The notes under the pieces were generated by a model. It ran no database searches. It worked only from the letters and a program-made list of their open reading frames with translations, and was not told the DNA's origin. Below, in pieces: positions 1 through 10,211 of a DNA stretch of 64,000 nt (within the stretch, counting starts at the first letter, position 1; each line of letters begins with the position of its first letter). The DNA is taken from the IMG/VR virus record IMGVR_UViG_2671180724_000008. One strand, written 5' to 3'. A program made the position numbers and the translations under genes. Source of the DNA: a virus. Taxonomy: Duplodnaviria > Heunggongvirae > Uroviricota > Caudoviricetes.

Positions 1-2
1 AC

Positions 3-311
3 CCGAACGCACACCTGCATATTCCATCATGGTACACCGGCGATAACGACATTCTCGACCAGAACTACCGAAACGAAGGATTGGTACGGCTTGCACCCGG
101 AACAGAGCCTCAACGTGGGGACATCTTCTTTATCCAATACGGGAAAATGCCTGACCACTGCGCGGTTTATATCGGTGATGGAATGATTCTTCATCACCAG
201 ATCGACCGCCTTAGTTGTCGTGCTTATTACGGCGGGATGTATCAGAAACATACGACGCATCACTTGCGTCACAAAGACTTGCTCAAGGGAGATGAGACGT
301 GTCTGAGTTAG
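3..311 (+). CDS. tail assembly protein K-like (NlpC/P60-type peptidase domain), 5' end lies outside window
   Basis: Frame is open from the window edge to the stop at 311. Cys/His motif HCAVYIGDGMILHH. Position immediately upstream of I-like and J-like genes. Confidence 0.55.
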   Translation, partial: PNAHLHIPSWYTGDNDILDQNYRNEGLVRLAPGTEPQRGDIFFIQYGKMPDHCAVYIGDGMILHHQIDRLSCRAYYGGMYQKHTTHHLRHKDLLKGDETCLS

Positions 312-889
312 TTCATGTGCAGCTTGGCGGCCCTATGGCCAAACATTTTGGCCGCCACTGGCATCTAAAGGTGCGCAATACAAAACAGGCTCTGGATTTA
401 ATTGAGGCCAACAAGCCTGGGTTTAAAGCATGGATGAAGCGCAATATCAAAACCTATGACAGATACCACATCCAGATCACCAATAAACAGGGCCACAAGT
501 GGTCTGTGGACGAGAGTGAATATCAGATGATGGGGCAGTCTGACAATATTGCAAAAATCCGCATTACCCCTGTTCCGCGAGGAAGTGGTGGATCTGCTTT
601 TGGATGGTTTCAGACGGTTGTTGGAGCAGTATTAATGGTTGCCTCGATATGGGTGCCCGCTCTTGCGCCTCTCGGTTTGTCACTGATGATGGGCGGTATA
701 GCGCAAATCATATCTCCGCAAGCCACTAACGAAAGTGTGAGGCAGGCGGATAACTCGAACTCTTATTACTTTGATGGACCTCAAAACACAACAAACCAGG
801 GGAACCCTGTACAGCTTATCTATGGCGAGGAAATTTTAGTTGGCTCACAGGTCGTGAGTTCTTCTATCACCATCGACCAGCTTATGTAA
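299..889 (+). CDS. tail assembly protein I-like
   Basis: 196-aa ORF overlapping the K-like stop and directly preceding the J-like gene. Hydrophobic C-terminal segment as in lambda gpI-type proteins. Confidence 0.5.
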   Translation: MSELVHVQLGGPMAKHFGRHWHLKVRNTKQALDLIEANKPGFKAWMKRNIKTYDRYHIQITNKQGHKWSVDESEYQMMGQSDNIAKIRITPVPRGSGGSAFGWFQTVVGAVLMVASIWVPALAPLGLSLMMGGIAQIISPQATNESVRQADNSNSYYFDGPQNTTNQGNPVQLIYGEEILVGSQVVSSSITIDQLM

Positions 890-900
890 TCAAGGATTTT

Positions 901-3900
901 TTGGACATGGAACAGTTCAAGAAGAAAAAATTACCGCTTCTTATTGCCGGTGCTGGTGGCAAGAAAAGTAAAAGCTCCAGCCGTACACCGGTTGAAGCTG
1001 ATGATACTGTCAATTCTCGTGCTATGGCAGCCATCCTCGACCTTCTTGGCGAGGGGGTTATCGGTGGCCTGGTAAATGGCGCAAAGTCGATCTTCATCGA
1101 CGATTTACCGATCTTGAATGAAGATGGCTCTTCCAACTTCAGCGGTATTACATGGGATTTTCGTGACGGCTCACAAGACCAGACGCCAATGGCTGGTTTT
1201 GATTTTGTTGAAACGCCTAAGTCCGTAAATATTCAGCTTAAAAAAACACACGACGTTACGGTTTCAATCGATAACGATGAAGCTGATCGCGTTCGTGTCA
1301 TCATGAAATTCCCCTCTTTACGTAGCGTTGATAAAAGCTCTGGCGATACAAATGGCACTACGGTGAAGTACAAATTCCAGATCGCCAACGGAGACGCAAC
1401 ATTTTCTGATGTAGTGGCAGAAGGTGAGAAAAGCGTTGATATCACGCTAACGGCAAAGAAAACCGGCGTGTATTACCGTAGCTATGAGCTGAAACTGCCT
1501 AAGCCTGGTCGTGCATACAAGGTTAGGGTAATTCGTCTTACAGATGATAACAGTAGCCAGTACCTCTACAACGACACATGGGTTGATTCCATAGGTGAGA
1601 TTGTAGATACACCCATGAACTACCCTAATTCTGCACTTGTTGGCTTAAAGGTCAATTCAGAGCAGTTTGGTAGCACAATGCCTTCCCGTTCGTATTTGGT
1701 GCGCGGTATCAAAATTCGAGTACCGTCAAACTACAACGAATACACCAATACTTATGTCGGCGTATGGGACGGTACTTTTAAGCTGTTGTCTTCTTCAAAC
1801 CCTGCGTGGATTCTCTACGATTTGCTTACCAATACTCGGTATGGTCTTGGGCAATTTGTGTCGGAATCCATGATTGACCTCGGCCAGCTCTACCAGATTG
1901 GTCGATATTGTGACGAAGAGGTCGATGATGGCTTTGGGGGTAAAGAGAAACGCTTTGCAATCAATACGCAGATCACTAGTCGACAAGACGCATACCGATT
2001 AATTCAGGATATTGCCGGTGCATTCCGCGGCATGGTGTTTTGGGCTGGTGGCATGGTTAACATCATGCAGGATAGCCCATCAGATCCGGTAATGATGTTT
2101 ACCAACTCCAACGTCAAAGATGGGCTGTTTACCTATAAAGGTTCTGCGCGTAAAGATCGCCCATCCGTTGCGCTCGTAACCTACAACAACAAGGAGGACG
2201 GTTATAAGCAAAACATCGAGTACGTTGAAGATCAGGACGCAATGCGCCGTTATGGTGAGCGTAAAACAGAAGTCGTAGCATTTGGATGTACAAGCCGAGG
2301 CCAGGCTCACCGAGTTGGTTTGTGGCTTTTGTATACCGCCAGAATGGAGTCGGATGTAATTACATTTACTGCCGGCTTAGACGCCTCATTTCTGATGCCC
2401 GGTGAAACCGTTCTGATTCAGAACAAATATCGTGCAGGTAAACGTAACTCCGGTCGAATTGTGGAGTTTACCAAAAACAGCATCACTCTCGATGCGCCTG
2501 TGTCGTTAGCTAAAAGCGGCAGCTTTATTCGGATATTGAATCAGGAAGGCAAAATCGTTGAACGCGATGTTCTTGAAACTGGCGAAAACATAACAAAGGT
2601 TACGTTTTCAAAAGCCCTGTCGTCAGCGGAAACGCCTGTTTTGAACGGTGTCTGGACAATTACAGAACCAGATCTCGAACCTATGCGCGTTCGCATCGTT
2701 AACATCGCGCAGGGGGAAACGCCGGGTAGCTTTGACATCACCGCTGTTGAGAACAATCCGTCTAAATATGAGGCAATCGACAATGGTGCAACGCTTATCC
2801 CGCAGAATACGACGGTATTGGACCCGACTTACTCCAAGCCATCTAATTTGCAAATCACTGAAGGGACTTATCTCTCAAGCCCGGGAAACCTGTCAGTAAA
2901 ACTGACTGCAACATGGGAAGGGAAATCTCCAGAGTATTGGATCAGTTGGCGACGTTCTGATGAAAACAATGTATCGAACTGGCAATCGGCGCGTGTAACC
3001 GAAGAGCAATACGAAATCGTTAATGTCGCGGAGAATGGACGCTACGACTTCCAACTGTATGCGGTTTCATTCAACGGTAAAAAAACAGAAATTATCAGTA
3101 CCGTTTATCAGGTGCTGGGCACAATGACACCGCCGGATGCACCAACGTCATTAACGGCCGTTGGAGACTATCGTAATGTGATACTAAATTGGGTTAATCC
3201 AGATTCGGTAGACCTTGATCACATTAATGTTTACGCATCCCAGACCAACAATCTGGATACGGCGAAACTGATCGCGGAGTCTGCAAGCACCACCTTTACA
3301 CATGCTGGTCTTGGGGATAGTGAAACGTGGTATTACTGGGTTCGAGCATCGAACAAGCGCGGCATGTTAAGTCCTCCGAACTCAAACTTGGGTACAGAGG
3401 CGACAACTCGCGATGTACTGTCGTTCCTGGAAGGTAAGATTACATCGTCTGAGCTTGGTCAGGCTCTGCTTGAGGACATCCACAGCAAAGCCTCTCAAGA
3501 AGCAGTTGACGAGTTAAATGAGCATATCAACCAGAGCGTCGAATCTTTGGAGGGGGCGGTAAACGACGTTAAGGAAGATATAGCTGAATTAGATAAGCAG
3601 TTCAGCGATAACCTCGCGGATTTTGAAATAAAATTCAACGAGCGTAGCGATGCTTTGGAGAACGCACAAACCGAGCTTAAAGGTGAGGTTTCGGCAACGA
3701 TCGACAAGGTCAATGAAGCGTTTGAAAAAATTGGTGCTACTGATGCTGCAATTGTTGAAATCGAAAACACCGTATCTGAACACGATAAAGCTCTCGCTAA
3801 TACAGTCGAGGCAATAAAGGCTGCAAGAGATGAAGCAGCAGCTCTTATTGCTAAGGAAAGCGAGGCTCGTGTTGAAGGCGATGCTGCAAACGCTAAACAA

Positions 3901-5631
3901 CTGGAAGTGTTGCAGTCAACGGTAGAGGAAAGCTCCGCTGCCGTTGAAGAAATGAAAAAGACGGTTGCAGAGGTCGATCGTGCCAGTGCAGAACTGACTA
4001 CGAACATTGAGGCGTTAGCCAAAACAAATATTGACCTGGCTCTTCGTCAAGATGAAGACCAGCGCAAGCAGATGGTCAATAACGCGAAGATCGCAACAAC
4101 ACAGAAAACCTTTGCTGATGATATGTCTGCAATGGCCACGAAGGTTGAGGAAATTCGCGTAGAAATTGGCGAAGACATTAAGGCCAGTATTCTGGAAGAG
4201 TCCACCGCTCGTGCCGATGGCGATGAAGCGTTGGCAAAGCGTGTCACTCAGCTGCAATCTAAGTTTGAAGGAGATATCAGCGCGGCGATTAGTACAGAGC
4301 AGGAGGCTCGTACATCTGCCGATGAAGCTCTGACGACACAGATCACTCAGCTTGAGTCGAAAGTAAGCAACGATATCGTCGCAGCTATTAAGGAAGAGCA
4401 AGAAGCCCGAGCAACGGAAGATTCGGCTCTGGCAAGCCAGATCACCCAACTTCAGGCAAAGGTTGATGATGATATTTCTGCTGCAATACGTAGTGAGCAG
4501 GAGGCTCGAGCAAGCGGGGACTCTGCATTAGCCAAACAAATAAACCAGCTTCAGTCAAAGGTTGACGGTGATATATCCGCTGCCATCACTCAGGAGCAGG
4601 AGGCCAGGGCAAGTGCTGACCAGGCGCTCTCACGAGAAATTAACAGCCTGCGAGCACAGACCGGAACTGATATTGCCGCAGCGGTTGCTGTAGAGACAAA
4701 GGCAAGGACTGATGCCGATAGTGCATTGTCCACTCAGATTACGTCTCTTACAGCAAAAGCTAATGATCTCGAGGCATCTCTTGCCAGAGAAACAACGGCT
4801 CGTGCAGATGGTGATACCGCTTTAACAAAAGAGGTTTCAAGTTTAAAAGCACAGACTGCGAAAGATATTAGTGCGGCCGTTGCAGTTGAAACGCAGGCTC
4901 GAACTGATGCTGACTCGGCGTTGTCATCTCAGATCACCAAGCTGACCTCTCAATACAAAGAGGATATTAAAGCGGCTGTAGCAACCGAAACGAAAACGCG
5001 TACAGAGCAAGATGCGGCACTGGCGACTCAAATCACAAACTTAGAGTCTCAAACAGCAGCCAACATTTCTGCGGCGGTCACAACTGAAACGACAGCGAGA
5101 ACGCAGGCAGATAATGCTCTAAGTGGGCGAATCGATACTCTGAAAGCAGAGGTGGATGGAAATACCGCGACAATTCAACAGCAGGCAACGGCCATTGCTG
5201 ATACCAACAAAAAAGTCTCAACCGCGTGGACGTTGAAAATGGAGACTTCAACGAGCGGAGGGCAGAAGTATGTTGCCGGTATTGCGCTTGGTATCGACAC
5301 CACCGGTCTTTCTCAGTTTTTGGTGCAGGCGGACAGATTTGGTTTGGTCAACTCTGTTAACGGGAAGATCACCACGCCATTTGTTATCGAAAACAGTATC
5401 GCCTATATGAATGGTGCGTATATCAAGGATGGCACAATCACCAATGCAAAAGTAGGCGATCTGCAATCTACCAATTTTGTTAGCGGTAGATCTGGATGGC
5501 GGTTCGGCAAAAATGGAACGCTTGAGATCAACGGTAATAGCGGAGGTAATGGGCGACTGGTCATAAATGGTCAGCGGATTGACGTTTATGACGATAACAA
5601 CGTCCTACGAGTAAGAATTGGCCTTCTGTAA
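901..5631 (+). CDS. host specificity / tail tip protein (lambda J-like) with C-terminal coiled-coil repeat extension
   Basis: 1576-aa ORF with RBS-like aaggat upstream. Contains the J-family motif NPAWILYDLLTNTRYGLGQF and fibronectin-III-like segments, followed by about 300 aa of periodic Ala/Glu/Gln-rich repeats. Confidence 0.8.
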   Translation: MDMEQFKKKKLPLLIAGAGGKKSKSSSRTPVEADDTVNSRAMAAILDLLGEGVIGGLVNGAKSIFIDDLPILNEDGSSNFSGITWDFRDGSQDQTPMAGFDFVETPKSVNIQLKKTHDVTVSIDNDEADRVRVIMKFPSLRSVDKSSGDTNGTTVKYKFQIANGDATFSDVVAEGEKSVDITLTAKKTGVYYRSYELKLPKPGRAYKVRVIRLTDDNSSQYLYNDTWVDSIGEIVDTPMNYPNSALVGLKVNSEQFGSTMPSRSYLVRGIKIRVPSNYNEYTNTYVGVWDGTFKLLSSSNPAWILYDLLTNTRYGLGQFVSESMIDLGQLYQIGRYCDEEVDDGFGGKEKRFAINTQITSRQDAYRLIQDIAGAFRGMVFWAGGMVNIMQDSPSDPVMMFTNSNVKDGLFTYKGSARKDRPSVALVTYNNKEDGYKQNIEYVEDQDAMRRYGERKTEVVAFGCTSRGQAHRVGLWLLYTARMESDVITFTAGLDASFLMPGETVLIQNKYRAGKRNSGRIVEFTKNSITLDAPVSLAKSGSFIRILNQEGKIVERDVLETGENITKVTFSKALSSAETPVLNGVWTITEPDLEPMRVRIVNIAQGETPGSFDITAVENNPSKYEAIDNGATLIPQNTTVLDPTYSKPSNLQITEGTYLSSPGNLSVKLTATWEGKSPEYWISWRRSDENNVSNWQSARVTEEQYEIVNVAENGRYDFQLYAVSFNGKKTEIISTVYQVLGTMTPPDAPTSLTAVGDYRNVILNWVNPDSVDLDHINVYASQTNNLDTAKLIAESASTTFTHAGLGDSETWYYWVRASNKRGMLSPPNSNLGTEATTRDVLSFLEGKITSSELGQALLEDIHSKASQEAVDELNEHINQSVESLEGAVNDVKEDIAELDKQFSDNLADFEIKFNERSDALENAQTELKGEVSATIDKVNEAFEKIGATDAAIVEIENTVSEHDKALANTVEAIKAARDEAAALIAKESEARVEGDAANAKQLEVLQSTVEESSAAVEEMKKTVAEVDRASAELTTNIEALAKTNIDLALRQDEDQRKQMVNNAKIATTQKTFADDMSAMATKVEEIRVEIGEDIKASILEESTARADGDEALAKRVTQLQSKFEGDISAAISTEQEARTSADEALTTQITQLESKVSNDIVAAIKEEQEARATEDSALASQITQLQAKVDDDISAAIRSEQEARASGDSALAKQINQLQSKVDGDISAAITQEQEARASADQALSREINSLRAQTGTDIAAAVAVETKARTDADSALSTQITSLTAKANDLEASLARETTARADGDTALTKEVSSLKAQTAKDISAAVAVETQARTDADSALSSQITKLTSQYKEDIKAAVATETKTRTEQDAALATQITNLESQTAANISAAVTTETTARTQADNALSGRIDTLKAEVDGNTATIQQQATAIADTNKKVSTAWTLKMETSTSGGQKYVAGIALGIDTTGLSQFLVQADRFGLVNSVNGKITTPFVIENSIAYMNGAYIKDGTITNAKVGDLQSTNFVSGRSGWRFGKNGTLEINGNSGGNGRLVINGQRIDVYDDNNVLRVRIGLL
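4200..5120 (+). repeat. imperfect tandem coding repeats (about 40-aa period, coiled-coil-like) inside the J-like gene
   Basis: Recurring peptide pattern EQEARASADSALxxQIxxLxxKVxxDISAAI repeated more than 8 times. The same repeats generate the spurious long minus-strand ORFs in this region. Confidence 0.7.
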
Positions 5632-5723
5632 TGTAGAAAAAAATATTTACATCGGTAAAAATAAGTATGTACTTACTTAATGGCGGGCAAGGATAGCCCG
5701 CCAAATCAAGGAGCATATTCAAC

Positions 5724-8700
5724 ATGTGGTACAGGGAAGGTACTATCACATTTACACAGGGTAGCAATACTCTGGTTGGGGTTGGGACAGCCTGGAACGT
5801 AACAGCTAATGGTGTGTTGCCGGGGATGATCGTCATTGGCCCCGACAATAAGCTGTATGAGATCAAGCGCGTAACAAGCGATACGAATATTGTTCTCTCA
5901 GAACCTTATACCGGCGAAACTCAGTCTGAAGTTCCGTGCCGAATCATTACGACCTATGAAGGCGACTTAACACAGTTTAGCGCGCGCTTTACTGCGCTAA
6001 TGTCGCGTATGTCGGCTGATTCCAAGTCCATGCGCAGTTGGTTGACTGCTCTTGATGAGGTGACAATCGAGCGTGAAGACGGTACAGAAGTTACCGTTAA
6101 GCCGCTGATGCAGATCGTCAACGAGCACAACGAAAACGTTGAGTGGTATAAAAATAACACCGACGCGATTGACGCTGCTGGCGACAAAGCTCGTGAGGCG
6201 GCGGCCAGTGCTGCCGCAGCAGCAGAAAGCGCCAATACCGCTGGAGAAAAAGCCTCTCAAGCGTCTCAAAGTGCATCCGCTGCGGAATCCTCACAAAGTG
6301 CTGCAAGTGCGAGTGCAACTGCTGCGAAAAAATCTGAAACGAACGCAGAATCAGCATATGTCGCGGCAGCAGAATCAGCATCTGTAGCGTCGACTAAAGC
6401 ATCGGAGGCGGCCACATCTGCGTCCAGTGCCTCTGCATCTAAGGATGCGGCTAAAGCATCAGAGGCTAACGCTTCATCGAGTGCAAACGCGGCGGCATCA
6501 TTTGCAACAGAAGCTGAAAATTCGTCTAAGGCAGCAAAAGCGTCAGAGACAAACGCAAAAGCATCTGAAACGGCAGCCGGGCAGAGTGCATCGTCTGCAA
6601 ACAGTTCGAAATCTGCGGCAGAAGCGTCAGCAAGCGCAGCCTCAGCAAGTGCGGATAGTGCTTCATCAAGTGCAACTGCGGCAGGAAAATCTGCGGAAAG
6701 CGCGTCGTCATCAGCGGCAACAGCTACCGCAAAAGCGACTGAGGCGACGAATCAGGCTACAGCCGCTAAAAATTCAGCATCAGCAGCGAAAACCTCTGAA
6801 ACAAATGCAAAGTCTTCAGAAGACAATGCCGCTTCCTCTAAGACTGCGGCTGCTGAATCTGCAAGTTCTGCGTCAGCATCAGCCACCTCGGCGTCTGCTT
6901 CAAAGGATGAGGCGACCAAGCAGGCATCAGCTGCGAAGGGTAGTGCTTCAACGGCATCCACGAAAGCAACAGAGGCGGCAGGCAGTGCGACGGCTGCATC
7001 TCAGAGCAAAACTGCTGCTGAATCCGCTGCGACTCGTGCAGAAGCTGCCGCTGATCGTGCTGAAGAGATTGCCGGTGCAGTTGCGATGGAAGACGCAAGC
7101 CTTACAACTAAAGGTGTTGTGAAACTTAGCAGTGCTGTCGATAGCACCAGCGAATCACTGGCTGCAACTCCAAAGGCAGTTAAAGCTGCGAATGACAATG
7201 CGAATAGCCGATTGGCGAAGAACCAGAATGGTGCTGATATACCAGGTAAGGATACCTTCACGAAAAATATTGGCGCTGGGCGAGCATTTGGAGGCTCTGT
7301 AAGTACAACAGCAGGAAACTGGACTACGGCACAGTTTGTCGAATGGTTGGACTCTCAAGGGGCGTTTAATCATCCGTACTGGATGTGTAAAGGCTCATGG
7401 TCGTATGGCAACAACAAAATCATTACTGATACTGGTTGTGGCAATATTCATCTTGCCGGGGCAGTAATTGAGGTAATGGGGATAAAGTCAGCAATGACGA
7501 TCCGCGTTACCACACCAACAACATCTAGCGGTGGTGGTACTGCTAACGCTCAATTTACTTATATTAACCACGGGACAGATTATTCTCCAGGCTGGCGACG
7601 AGACTACAATACAAAATACAAACCTACGCCATCGGATATAGGTGCATTATCAACATCAGGAGGGACGGTTTCAGGTCCGTTGTCTGTTACTGGTGGATTA
7701 ACTGGTTCATTGAATGGCAATGCGAGTACCGCCACGAAATTGCAGACTGCAAGAACTATCGGCGGCGTGGCCTTCGATGGATCTGCGAACATAAATTTGC
7801 CTGGTGTAAACACGGCAGGTAATCAGAGCACTACTGGTAATGCCGCAACCGCTACAAAACTTCAAACGGCAAGAACGATTGGTGGCGTTTCATTTAACGG
7901 AACTGCCAACATCGACTTGCCCGGAGTTAACAAAGCTGGCAACCAAAGCACCACAGGTAATGCTGCTACAGCTACTAAATTGCAGACAGCAAGAACCATC
8001 GGTGGTGTAAGCTTCGATGGCACTGCGAATATTAATTTGCCTGGTGTTAATGCTGCCGGTAATCAGAACACTACCGGTAACGCGGCCACAGCGACCAAGT
8101 TGCAAACTGCTAGAACTATTAACGGGGTGTCGTTTAACGGCTCTGCGAATATTTCAATACCAACAATTACGTCCAGAGGACGCGTTACTGCGCTCACCGG
8201 TACAACACAAGGTGCTGCGACTGGATTGCAGATGTACGAGGCATATAACAATGGCTACCCTTCGACTTACGGGAATGTGCTTCATCTTAAGGGCGCAACG
8301 GCCGTTGGTGAAGGTGAGTTGTTCATAGGTTGGAGCGGTACAAGTGGTGCTCATGCGCCTGTACATGTACGTTCGCGACGAGATACGGATACATCCAGTT
8401 GGTCTGAATGGGCGCAAGTTTATACGTCCAAAGACTCTATTCCAGGTGTCAATGCCACCGGTAATCAGAACACTACTGGCAACGCAGCCTCTGCAACGAA
8501 GTTGCAGACAGCCAGAACAATTGGAGGTGTGTCGTTTAATGGTACCGCCAATATTAACTTGCCGGGTGTTAATATAGCGGGTAATCAGAATACGACTGGT
8601 AACGCAGCTTCAGCCACGAAGTTACAAACGGCTCGTACCATCGGTGGTGTTAGTTTTAACGGTACAGCCAATATTAACTTACCTGGTGTGAATACGACCG

Positions 8701-9251
8701 GTAATCAGAACACTACTGGTAATGCTGCAACCGCCACAAAATTGCAGACAGCAAGGAAAATTGCTGGTGTTGCGTTTGATGGCTCTGCCGATATAACTTT
8801 GACTGCGGCTAACCTTAATGCTTATACGAAAACAGAGGTAACAAACCTTCTAAGTTCCTATGTGAAGAGCAGTGCTCTTCCAAGCATGACTGTGCGAACT
8901 TCCTCTGTATCAGGTGGGGATATGGGCATGAGTTTGTCTGCGTTCATTAGCCACCTTAAATCAAATGGAGCGTTTAGCAAAAGTTATTGGATTGGCTTTG
9001 GCGATGCTATGGGATTCAATGCTGGTAGTATCAACAATATAACGGGATTTGGTGCTGTAGAATTAGCAGAATCTATAATCGAAGTTTTTAATCTACCTAA
9101 CGGTGATTATACAATTCGTTTAACAACATCACATAAAGCTGACTACGGTGGAGTTACAAACGCAATCCTCGTTTATCACTACCGTAGTAATAGAAGTCCG
9201 TCAGGTCAATGGCTGAAATTTGCCGGTACTGTTGGGGCAACAAGCAACTGA
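5724..9251 (+). CDS. side tail fiber protein with phage-tail-fiber tandem repeats
   Basis: 1175-aa ORF with RBS aaggag upstream. Long Ala/Ser-rich low-complexity N-terminal third, then 9 copies of a 33-aa unit (TGNAATATKLQTARTIGGVSFNGTANINLPGVN). Confidence 0.7.
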   Translation: MWYREGTITFTQGSNTLVGVGTAWNVTANGVLPGMIVIGPDNKLYEIKRVTSDTNIVLSEPYTGETQSEVPCRIITTYEGDLTQFSARFTALMSRMSADSKSMRSWLTALDEVTIEREDGTEVTVKPLMQIVNEHNENVEWYKNNTDAIDAAGDKAREAAASAAAAAESANTAGEKASQASQSASAAESSQSAASASATAAKKSETNAESAYVAAAESASVASTKASEAATSASSASASKDAAKASEANASSSANAAASFATEAENSSKAAKASETNAKASETAAGQSASSANSSKSAAEASASAASASADSASSSATAAGKSAESASSSAATATAKATEATNQATAAKNSASAAKTSETNAKSSEDNAASSKTAAAESASSASASATSASASKDEATKQASAAKGSASTASTKATEAAGSATAASQSKTAAESAATRAEAAADRAEEIAGAVAMEDASLTTKGVVKLSSAVDSTSESLAATPKAVKAANDNANSRLAKNQNGADIPGKDTFTKNIGAGRAFGGSVSTTAGNWTTAQFVEWLDSQGAFNHPYWMCKGSWSYGNNKIITDTGCGNIHLAGAVIEVMGIKSAMTIRVTTPTTSSGGGTANAQFTYINHGTDYSPGWRRDYNTKYKPTPSDIGALSTSGGTVSGPLSVTGGLTGSLNGNASTATKLQTARTIGGVAFDGSANINLPGVNTAGNQSTTGNAATATKLQTARTIGGVSFNGTANIDLPGVNKAGNQSTTGNAATATKLQTARTIGGVSFDGTANINLPGVNAAGNQNTTGNAATATKLQTARTINGVSFNGSANISIPTITSRGRVTALTGTTQGAATGLQMYEAYNNGYPSTYGNVLHLKGATAVGEGELFIGWSGTSGAHAPVHVRSRRDTDTSSWSEWAQVYTSKDSIPGVNATGNQNTTGNAASATKLQTARTIGGVSFNGTANINLPGVNIAGNQNTTGNAASATKLQTARTIGGVSFNGTANINLPGVNTTGNQNTTGNAATATKLQTARKIAGVAFDGSADITLTAANLNAYTKTEVTNLLSSYVKSSALPSMTVRTSSVSGGDMGMSLSAFISHLKSNGAFSKSYWIGFGDAMGFNAGSINNITGFGAVELAESIIEVFNLPNGDYTIRLTTSHKADYGGVTNAILVYHYRSNRSPSGQWLKFAGTVGATSN
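7720..8165 (+). repeat. 99-bp (33-aa) tandem repeat block 1 inside tail fiber gene
   Basis: Five consecutive near-identical units encoding ATKLQTARTIGGV(S/A)F(N/D)G(S/T)ANI. Confidence 0.75.
8440..8800 (+). repeat. 99-bp (33-aa) tandem repeat block 2 inside tail fiber gene
   Basis: Three to four further units of the same repeat after an intervening unique domain. Confidence 0.75.
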
Positions 9252-9288
9252 TTTAGACATTATTTCTAATAAGGATAATTTATAAGAT

Positions 9289-9321
9289 GGTTGTGAGGTC
9301 GATAAATATGGCCTCACAACC
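9289..9321 (+). terminator. stem-loop downstream of tail fiber gene (putative terminator or RNA stabiliser)
   Basis: 10-bp perfect inverted repeat ggttgtgagg / cctcacaacc around a 13-nt loop. No clear T-tract follows, so efficiency is uncertain. Confidence 0.35.
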
Positions 9322-9341
9322 GCAGTTATAAGGATATATTT

Positions 9342-9596
9342 ATGAGCTATGGTGCACAGGTTTGGTCGCCATCAAGACAGGAGATGGTCGATGCGTTGGC
9401 CCCTGTTTATTACCTCGATTATTTTACTCCCTCTGGTTCTGGAAGTAGAACATATGATGTTGAGGCGGGATTGGGAATCGACTATTACATAATGGACGTA
9501 ACCAATGGGAAATACACAAGTCTTACGGTTTCTGGAAATACCATTTCATGGTCTGGAGCTAGTGGTAATTTAAACATATTGGTTTTTCAAAAATAA
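9342..9596 (+). CDS. hypothetical protein
   Basis: 84-aa ORF; stop overlaps the start of the next ORF (translational coupling). Lies in a lower-GC segment after the tail fiber. Confidence 0.4.
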   Translation: MSYGAQVWSPSRQEMVDALAPVYYLDYFTPSGSGSRTYDVEAGLGIDYYIMDVTNGKYTSLTVSGNTISWSGASGNLNILVFQK

Positions 9597-10204
9597 TGTA
9601 CGGAAGCAAGATATATCGATCTGACGGGAAGGTCTGGATGTCTCCTTCTTTGTCTCCTATCGTTTTTCAGAGAAAGCAGGTTGTTTCTTTATCCGGCGGG
9701 ACAGAGTTTAACACCCAAATATCTCCAGATCGTTCACCGATGATTTTTGTTGCCTATTCGAAAGCTGTTTCATTAATAGCCAACAGAATAGTGCGTAACA
9801 ACCAGGTGATTTACAGTTTCGGAGGTCAGGGTAGCGACTCTAGTGCCACGATATACGTATTTTCGAAAGGTATAGCCAAAAAAGAAACTTGGGGCATGAG
9901 TTTTTTCAATGCACAAGGGGAGGAAATCTATAATACGGCAAATATCCCACTTTCATTTACCTTTCTTAATAATACGGAGTGGAACAGCTCTGGAGGGCAT
10001 GTTTTTGATTACCCACCAGCGATAATCCCAACGTATGCGAATGTGTTCGCTGTTCCAGTACCGGGCGGAGCCATGACAATGGTTTATGGATATGCGGCAT
10101 ATGGAAATACTGTTAGCTCGATATTCGTAAACCAACTTAATGGCGGCCATAGTTTTAGCGTAAATGGCAGAGTACCGGTAATAAATAGAAATCTGTATAA
10201 CTGA
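9596..10204 (+). CDS. hypothetical protein (possible tail fiber accessory protein)
   Basis: 202-aa ORF translationally coupled to the preceding ORF. Position after the fiber gene; no recognisable motif. Confidence 0.4.
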   Translation: MYGSKIYRSDGKVWMSPSLSPIVFQRKQVVSLSGGTEFNTQISPDRSPMIFVAYSKAVSLIANRIVRNNQVIYSFGGQGSDSSATIYVFSKGIAKKETWGMSFFNAQGEEIYNTANIPLSFTFLNNTEWNSSGGHVFDYPPAIIPTYANVFAVPVPGGAMTMVYGYAAYGNTVSSIFVNQLNGGHSFSVNGRVPVINRNLYN

Positions 10205-10211
10205 TGAGTAA

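Noticed and set aside
27-272. 81-aa minus-strand ORF at the window start
   Set aside because: It is fully antisense to the K-like tail assembly gene, which has a recognisable NlpC/P60 motif.
3495-4449. Long minus-strand ORFs (175 aa, 144 aa and others) inside the J-like gene
   Set aside because: They lie antisense within the Ala-rich tandem repeat region of a clearly coding plus-strand gene. Low-complexity repeats commonly give stop-free antisense frames.
5954-7373. Alternative-frame and antisense ORFs (up to 231 aa, Arg/Gln-rich) within the tail fiber gene
   Set aside because: They are artefacts of the GC-rich Ala/Ser-encoding low-complexity segment. The translations are compositionally extreme and overlap the well-supported fiber frame.
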